From NCBI GenBank assembly GCA_000388065.2, contig KB932201.1: a DNA stretch of 64,000 nucleotides; one strand, written 5' to 3'. Below are positions 56,044-64,000 of the stretch, one piece after another. Position 1 is the first letter of the stretch. Every line of letters begins with the position of its first letter. The notes below the pieces were generated by a model. That model saw nothing but the letters and a program-made list of their open reading frames with translations. It searched no databases and was not told the DNA's origin. Source of the DNA: Fonticula alba ATCC 38817. Taxonomy: Eukaryota > Protista > Nucleariida. Position numbers and translations under genes: made by a program.

Positions 56044-58835
56044 CTACAGCTCCGAGCGATGGTTCATAATCAAGGGGTTGTCCTCATCGTACTCCTGGAT
56101 GCTGTCCCGCCGAGAGAGGGACCCTGGGGAATTGGGAGACCCCACGCCCCCAGGGCGTGGGCTTAGCCCGACGGTGGAGCTCCGCCGCCGACTCCACATG
56201 TACTGCGACGTGGGGGACAGGCTGGCCCCGGCGCCGGTGACCGACAGCCGGCGCTGGTTGGCCGCCGATGCCGCGGCGGCCGCCGACTCCTGGGCCTCCT
56301 CGCGTGCGCGAATCCAGCTGACCAGCAGGGTGCCGGCGGCCACGAGAGCCGCCCCGACGATGTCCGTCCACTGGAGAATGTACCCCAAGACCAGGGCCGA
56401 CAGGGCGGCCGAGGCCACCGGCTGGATGGGCCAGAAGGCGGTCACCCCGGCGGCCGAAACGCCCCCCTTGCCCGAGGCCCAGGATACAATGCCAAATCCC
56501 AGGGCCGAGCATCCGACCGCCCCATAGAGGATGGCATACCAGGCCTCGGTGGGAATGGCCCAACGGACCGAGGTGCAATAGTCCCCAAGTCCGGGCGGGC
56601 AGCCAAGCAGCGCAATGCACATGAGCAGCGTGGCGAAGCCGTACGCCCAGGCGGTGGTGATGATCGGCGCCGGGCCGGCATCGATGTCCTCGCGCAGGGC
56701 CTGGCAAAGGCCCGGCTCAACGACATTCAGCAGGAAGCAACTGCAAGTGGTCCGACCGGCGGCCTGGTGCCCGCCGTGTCCATGGTGGTACGGCGAGTGC
56801 CGGGCAAAGCCGAAAGACCCGGCCGGGGAGTAGTTCGGGGGCAGGGCCGGCGAGAGGCCGGTCCCTGTGCGCCCGGTGCCGGTGCCGGTGCCGGTGCCAG
56901 TGCCGCCGGGAGCATTGATGCTCACGGCAAGCCCATTGAGGCCCGAGGGACTGGCCGCCGGGTGGTAGGCCGATGTCGCCGGCGGTGGGGGGATGCCCAC
57001 CACGGCATCCAGGTCCAAGTAGCTGGCCGGGGCCGAGCCGGACACCTGGATGTGCATGCGCGGGCTGCCGATCGCCACCGGGGACCCGGGCGCCGGGGCC
57101 TGATCGGACCCGGGCGCCGGGGCACCTGGCAGCTCGATGCCCACCGGGCGAATGGTGATCGACGTGCCGACGGCATTGAGGTCGATGATCGAATGGCGCC
57201 GAGCGCCGGAGGGATACCGGCTGCCAGGTGCCCCGGCCGCTGGACCGGCCGCGGTCAGGGCCATTTCCTCCTCCACCCGCCGGGTCACTTGGGCCCGGCG
57301 CATCGGGCGACTCTTCATGAAGCCGGCCAGGTACAATGCATACAGGGACATGGCCGTGGTGTTGACCAGCAGGAAGATGCTCCCGAGCACCAGATCGTAG
57401 GTGGTCTCGGTGAAGGGCCGCATCGGGGCCGGGTCGAGTTCGCGATCCAGGCTGGCGACCGAGACCAGGCCGGACCGGGCCAAGTGCGAACGCAGGGTGC
57501 GCGCCGCCGAGTCAGGCCGGGCCGACATGCCGCGCAGCCACTCGAGCGTTTGCTCGGTGGCATTGCGAATGATGCGGCCAATGGGCCCGGAGCCGGAGTC
57601 CGGCCCATCGAAGCCTCCATCACCGCCGGGCGTCCCGTCGGCCGAGCTACCCCCACCGAGGCTGCTTTCCTCCCAGGAGGGGAAATCCTCGGTCGGGAAG
57701 TCGATGTCCCCCTCGCCGGGGATGGTGTCGCCCGAGTCCGGGATGATGAGCGGCCCGAGGGCCACCAGCAGGGCCCCGGCCGCGGCGCACGCGGTGCCGG
57801 CAAAGCGCAAGGCCCAGCCCATCCACGAGCGGGCTCGCTCGGCGCCAATGCTACAGGCGATGGCCATGGTGATGACCGGCACCGCTGGCTGAAGGGCGGC
57901 CACATGCACGGCCGACACCCGGGCCAGGGCCAAGGCATAGCACAGTTGGTTGAGCACCAGGCAGCCGCCCAGCAGGAGCAGGCCGAAGATGCTCTCCCGG
58001 TCGGGGAGTGGCCACTGGGTGGGGATGCCGGCCGGGGGCTGGCGCCGAATGGCCGAAGCCCCGGGGCTGGCCCGGCCGCTGGACTTGGGCATGGCCGGCG
58101 AGTAGCCCCCCCGGGCCGGGGGGCCCGGGCTGCCGGGCGAGCTGCCGCCCGAGGCGCCGGACGTCTGACTGAGCATCTCGCAAACGCCGCTGCACTTGAA
58201 GAGCCGGTGGTCCAGCATGTCCAGGTCGTGGTCAACCGAGGGCAGGTGCATTCGACCGGGGCCCGGGCCATCGGTCGAGCTTCCGGCCGCGCCGCCATTG
58301 ATGCTGGCCCCATTGTGGGCACCGGGGGCGTGGCTGTTGGAATGGCTGCCCCGCAGGCCGCCGTACGATCGGATGTCAGCCTCGTTGACCGGGATCGACA
58401 GGTCCAAGACCGGCTGATCTGGAGCCCAGGCCCGCTGGACCAGCTCCACGGCCCGACGCCAGCGCTGGTGCCGGGGACGGGACTCCATCAGCCACCCGGC
58501 AAGCAGGAGCAGGGGCACCGCGAAGAAGTCCCGCAGGACGGCCATCACCACGGCATCGGTGTCCTTCTCCAGGGCCACCTTCGCAATGACGGAGTAGCCC
58601 CCGAAGACGCACTGCACGTGGGGCCACCGTCGATGCGTCGGCGCCGGGACCCAGGTCGGAGGATGGTGTGAGCAAGGGGCGATGCGTCGGGGCTTGGGGC
58701 CAGGCGCGCGCGTACCATGGTGGCTACCAGGACCGGGAAAACAACCCACTTTTGCCAGCCGGCCTTGTTGGCTGCCCCGGGCGGGGGCGGCTCAGGCACG
58801 CTGGGCAGGCTGAGGCTGCTGCTGTGTTGCGACAT
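56044..58835 (-). CDS. EamA/DMT-superfamily transporter, WAT1/UMAMIT (MtN21)-like, with greatly expanded loops
   Basis: Exons 58716-58835 and 56044-58611, about 895 aa. CVFGGYSVIAKVAL...VLRDFFAVPLLL.AGWLME, LNQLCYALAL.....VAALQPAVPVIT...GAER, LGSIFLLVNTTAMSLY, AILYGAVGCSALGF and FWPIQPV...LG are the two EamA repeats. Confidence 0.88.
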
Positions 58836-60147
58836 GGCTGCGCGTGTGGCAGGGCCGCTTTGCGAGGGAAGGTGCCACAGAGACGCGTGGGAGGGAAGTG
58901 CAAGGCCAAAGGCCGAACAGGCTGTTCCTGGAAATGCAGGCAAGCCGGGCTGTTTGCAGGCAAAGACCAAGCTCCGGGCGGTGGGGCTACGAGAGCCTGG
59001 TGAGAACAGGCGTTTGGAAGGTGGTTGTGAGAGGAACCAAGTGGCGTGGAGGGGAAGTATGTGCGGAGGAGAGGGGGGAGGGGGGAGGGGGGAATTGAAA
59101 GTGGATCAAAAAGGGAAGACCAAAAGGGGGAGAAGGGACAAAAAAAAAAAAATTTACAAAACGACACCCCAAAAGCCCCACCAACCACCCCACACAGACA
59201 AGGGGACCCCCCCCCCCCCCGCTCTTCGCGCGATCCCGGCTCGCTGCGATCTCTGGCGGGAAATGCCATGCGCTCTCGGAAAGGGCGCTCGGGTGAGAGG
59301 TGAGGAATTAATGTTCCAGTCAGGATCGATCTGACGCCATGCAGCCGGGGGCTCGAGAAAGGGGGGCAGCTGAGGGAGAACGACGGATGCCCAAGAGCCA
59401 CCCACTCAGACGGTGGGTCATTAATTCCGGCCCCTTGGAGACGCGGTCCGATGCCGATGCCGGTACAAACCTGAGAGGAGGCGGAGCCGAGCCTTCGGGC
59501 ATGGACTCAAAAAGGCCCCCCAAGAATGTCCCACCGAGGGGGAATGCATGCTCCAGGGGCCGAGTTGATCAGGCACTCTCGGTGCCCCCGGCCACCGAAG
59601 GCGCGACCTCCGCTTCGCCCCTCGCCCCCCTCGCCCCCCTCGCCCCCTCGCCCCCCGCGTCCCCGCGCCCAGGTCTGCTGTTCGCCTGTCTCCAGGACCG
59701 GCGTGCCTTCGTGCGCCTTCAACCACCAGGGCGGGTATGCCTGCCTTCGTGCCCCAAGCATGCGTACAGGGTCCTTCGTGTTGGTGACCGGGAACATACA
59801 GGCCCACCGGCCCTGGACACCCCGGATGGAATCCGCCAGGCGCCTCGGTCGATGCGGGAATCCGCCGACCCCTTCAGGGAACCAAGACACTGGGCACCTG
59901 CCTCAATGGGACGTGGCCTTGGTAGCGGGGACCCTCGTAGCCAGGCAGAATTGCCTGAGGCACGAGCAGGCAGGTAGTGGGTGGCGCCCCGAGGTGCAAA
60001 GAGCCAGAGCCACTCACGGGTGGCGATCCAGGGCCTGTGGCCCATGCTTCGGGGAGCCTTCTCCCGAAGAGTCGGAAAGGAACCACCTGTCCGGTCGGCG
60101 GTGGCATGCCGTGCCCCTCGGCACCCACCCTCGCTCCCTGGACGCCT

Positions 60148-60193
60148 TCGGTCGCACTCGGTCGCACTCGGCCGCACTCGGCCGCATTCGGCC
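60148..60193 (+). repeat. 10-bp tandem repeat TCGG(T/C)CGCA(C/T), about 4.6 copies
   Basis: tcggtcgcac tcggtcgcac tcggccgcac tcggccgcat tcggcc. Confidence 0.85.
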
Positions 60194-62162
60194 CTGCTGG
60201 CGGTGCGGCCCGCCAAGTGGTCGGTCGGTCGGTCGGAATGGGATCCAGTGCAATTGTGGGTTGATAACTCCTGGATGGAGGGGCACAGATGGTCCACAAT
60301 TTGTTTGCCCGTCGTACACCCTGTGGGCTCCTCGCAGGCGGGCGGGCATACTGGCAGGCCTGTCTTTGGGATGGGATAGGGGGGTCGATCTGGTGGAGCC
60401 CATAGGAATACTATTATGGAGTGGCGCTCCGGCGGCAGTTGGCCCAGTGTCGCTGAAGCAGGCCAGCCGCCAGCCAAATGAATCGGCCCCGCTGGCCTAA
60501 TCAGGGGGCGCAGGGTCCCCCTGCTGAGCCGGAAACAAGGGGGTGGGGACGCTCCAGGAGTTGCTGACGCCTGTTGCACAAGAAAATGCGCACAAACTAC
60601 GGGGACAGAGAATTTCCCGCTGTAGCAGGGTTCTCGCGGATCCAGCCTTACGTTAAAGGTGTGGAGCTTTGGCGGAAGCCATGCCGGGGATCTTGCCACA
60701 GGCTGGGGGTCACTCCCGGCTAAAAGGAGGACGCACCGAACAGGGGGGGGGGGGGGGGGGGACAGTGTTACTTGGGAAGGGAGAGCGGTAACAGGACCGG
60801 AGGGCGAGTTAGCGGGCGGGCAGACAAAGCAACTCGTGCAACAAAAGGAGTTCGAGAGACGGCCTTAGAACAGATATGTTCACGGGCTGGGCGGAGTCTT
60901 CAAAGGGGATGCTTTCTCATCCTCTCCGATAAACACAATCGTCGGCCTCCACAGTGTTCACTCTCAGGAGGCTTTCCCCATGGGAGTCCCCCGTTTCGAC
61001 CTTGGGTAGGTCGCGGGGTGGGCCGGAGAACCCCGCGTACACGAGTGTGTGCCCTCCCTTCCCTTGGGTCCCCGCCAGCGGCCCTGCACTCAGCGGCCTC
61101 TCGTCCGTTGTCCGGTGCGCATTCCTTCTACAATGACATTCATTTCTAATATTATGTCACGGGACCGGAGATTGTGACCTGCGGTCCAACCAGTGATTCC
61201 GGTCGTGGGGGTTTGGGGGACGCTGCCTGAGCAGGCGCCCGCGCCGGAGGGGCCGGTCGGGGGGCACCTGGCTCGGATGTTCCCGCCGTGTGTCTGGGAA
61301 GGCTCCCTGCCTCGGTGGGGAGACCCCTTTTCCTGGTGGCAACAACGGCATCAGGCCATCGGTGCATCTGGGCTGGTGGGGCGGCGGTTTCTCCTGGCCT
61401 TCGGGCGTCTGGGCTGGCGAAAGGGGGGGGGGGGGACGGACAAGGTGGCCATCCCCCCACCCCGGAGGAGCCCAAATTCGTCGGGGACGGCAACAGCCTC
61501 CCTGGGAGAAGTACCCTCCCCCCGAGGGGGACACCCCGGCCGTGGCAAACCACCAACCAGCAGGGCCGGAGAGCATGGGGTTGTGGCTGTGCATGCCAGG
61601 AGGGGGGGAGAGGCGTAGTGGCGCGATCGCTTGAGGCACGGTGTGGCGTGATGCCGGCAAGTGCCTTGTCCCCGAGTCTATGTGTGTGAACTCCCTCGGG
61701 GGCTTTCCGCGCCACATAGGGATCGGGCCAGCTAAGACGCAGTGCGCAGCGTGTGCAAGGGGGCCGGGAGGCCGGCGGTCGCCCCTTCCACGCGGGTGAT
61801 CGCAAGCTTGGCCACACACTCGTCAAGGAGACGGGGGGGGGGGGGGGGGGGGGGGAGGGGGGGACGGGGGACGATGTCAGCGCCGAGAGGGGGAATCCCC
61901 CCCCGCAGGGAGGAGGGCATGGTCGGGACAGGGCCAGCAGGCGCACCTCTGCACGATCTGCCGGATGCGGCTGGAAACCATGGCGGCGCTTGGCCTGTAT
62001 GCCACGCGGGGCCGGGGGGGGGGGGGGGGGGGGGCAAAGAGGACAGAGAACTATTTGAGCCCCAAGCGGGCACCTTGGGTGTCCACCCTCCACATCCACA
62101 CGGCCCTTCCCCTCCCCTCCTCCGACTTGGCTGTCCCTCCCCCCCCCCCTCCTTGCCGCACC

Positions 62163-63175
62163 ATGTCCGACTCCGTCGCCCAGAAGTTCGCGGACTTCTT
62201 CCCCACCCTGTCCAATGACATTCTGGCTCACCTGAAGACCATCAGTGCGTTGCTGCCTCCTCCCTGTTGCCGCACACCCGCACGCGCCAGTGCCCGCACA
62301 CCAGACTGCGCACATGTCTGCAATCGGCCCTGACCTCTGTTCCATCCTGCTCCTGCTCCTCCTCCTCCGCGCGTGTGCGCGCGTGCCTCCAGACATCCCC
62401 GTTGATGCCTTCAACTGGCTCGACCGCATGATGAACTACAATGTTCCCGGTGGCAAGATGAACCGTGGTCTGTCGGTTCACGACACCTACGCCGCCCTGG
62501 TCGGCCGCCCCCTGACCGAGGACGAGGTGACCAAGGCCTTCGTCCTTGGCTGGACCGTCGAGTGGCTGCAGGCCTTCTTCCTGGTCGCTGATGATATCAT
62601 GGACCGCTCCATCACCCGCCGTGGTCAGCCCTGCTGGTACAAGGTGCGCAAGAATGTCTCCGCCCCCTCCCCAGGCCACTTCCTCTCTCTCGCTCTCGCT
62701 CTCTCGATGCCATCTGCTCCCTTTTTCTCCCTACCCCGAGCCCCTGCCGATGCCTGCTCTAACGGCAGCGACCGAAAAAACAACACACCATCCCGCAGAA
62801 CCCCGAGGTCGGCAACTTCGCCATCAATGACTCCTTCGCCCTGGAGTCGGCCATCTACATCCTGCTGAAGAAGTACTTCCGCACCGAGGCCTACTATGTC
62901 GACCTGCTTGAGCTCATGCTGGAGGTCACCTCTCAGACTGTCTTTGGCCAGCTGGTCGACCTGATCACTGCCCCGGAGGACAACCACAACATCGAGCTCT
63001 TCTCCATGGAGCGCTACCAGTGGATCATCCAGTACAAGACCGCCTACTACTCCTTCTACCTGCCGGTGGCCTTTGCCATGCTCATGAACGGCATGTCTCC
63101 CGGTATGTCTCCGCCTCTTGGGCCATCCTCTCTGTCTCGCGCACACGCATACACACACAATTCGATCGTGTATGT

Positions 63176-63214
<39 letters not shown>

Positions 63215-63665
63215 CATTACTTGTATCTGGTGAGTTCGTTGCCCTGACACCTTAGTCCGCCCGCTCCACCAGACAACCCCGCCTTCAAGATCGCCGAGAA
63301 GATCCTGCTCGAGATGGGCCAGTACTTCCAGGCCACCGATGACTATCTCGACTGCTACGCCGACCCCGAGGTCCTTGGCAAGATCGGTACCGACATCCAG
63401 GACAACAAGTGGTACATACCAGATGGACAGCCCACCGCCCTGCCTCTCCCCCTCCACATACACATACATACACACACGCACACCCATCCCAAGGTGTCTC
63501 CTGCTGCTCCACCAGCAAACTTGCCCCGTACTTACATGCTACGCCTGCCCCGTTCCAGCTCTTGGCTCGCCAACCGTGCCCTCCAGCTCTTCACTCCCGA
63601 GCAGAAGGAGCGCTTCGCCGCCGACTACGGCAAGAACGACCCCGAGGCTATTGCCCGCGTCAAGG
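62163..63665 (+). CDS. FDPS/ERG20: Farnesyl diphosphate synthase (partial; last exon in or beyond the gap)
   Basis: [11 protein letters not shown], first Asp-rich motif [46 protein letters not shown], second motif [10 protein letters not shown] and [11 protein letters not shown]. Confidence 0.97.
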
Positions 63666-64000
63666 GTCCGTCCCGTCATTATTTTGCCCTTCTCTGCTGA
63701 ACCTGCTTTTGCTCCCCCCCCNNNNNNNNNNNNNNNNNNNNNNNNNNNNNNNNNNNNNNNNNNNNNNNNNNNNNNNNNNNNNNNNNNNNNNNNNNNNNNN
63801 NNNNNNNNNNNNNNNNNNNNNNNNNNNNNNNNNNNNNNNNNAAGCAGGCAACAGAGCGCAAGTGCCCCAACGGCTGGGACCAGGCATATGTATGTGCGCA
63901 AGGTCGCGCGCCCACGGCCCCGGCACAGGGAGAGGGAGATCTGCCCCGATGTTTTTGGGTGCGTGCTCTTGCTCATTTCCCGGTTCCTCCCCCCCCCTCG

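Noticed and set aside
60940-61200. Several short GC hairpins (CGACCT/AGGTCG, GCGGGG/CCCCGC, GGACCG/CGGTCC)
   Set aside because: Six-bp stems are expected by chance at this GC content, and no known ncRNA motif is present.
63320-63360. FPPS second Asp-rich motif reads FQATDD rather than the common FQ(I/V)QDD
   Set aside because: The key Gln and Asp residues, the KT motif and the aromatic pair before the first motif (AFFLVADD) are intact, so normal C15 chain-length specificity is expected.
1-64000. Transposons, viral inserts, rRNA, spliceosomal snRNAs, selenoprotein or stop-readthrough signals
   Set aside because: I saw no transposase, RT or integrase motifs, terminal repeats, recognisable rRNA/snRNA sequence, or in-frame stops within conserved domains.

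Overview
Eukaryotic, very GC-rich, intron-rich genomic DNA with seven N gaps, nearly all flanked by G/C homopolymers. The gene content and sequence style suggest a unicellular opisthokont, possibly Fonticula-like (inference, not verified). About 15 protein-coding genes can be reconstructed across GT-AG introns. In order: the 3' end of a membrane protein, an RBM5/RBM10-like splicing factor, exportin-5, a GLUT/sugar porter, a SOD-fold putative mitochondrial pseudoenzyme, PINX1/Pxr1, LSG1, a multi-ubiquitin-binding adaptor-like protein, bifunctional P5CS, a proline-rich orphan, a bHLH(-ZIP) factor, a SUN-domain protein, PEX3, an EamA/WAT1-like transporter and a partial FPP synthase. There is also one tRNA-Leu(AAG). 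No mobile element, rRNA or CRISPR array is supported. Most long ORFs in the six-frame track are antisense or alternate-frame shadows, or run through introns and gaps. All family assignments come from motif recognition by eye; no database search was run. The best leads are the FDPL/DPF + PH-like + CUE + UIM adaptor, the SOD-fold protein lacking metal ligands with a very large insert, the bHLH with a displaced Myc-like zipper, and the fused P5CS with an insert in its feedback-regulation loop.
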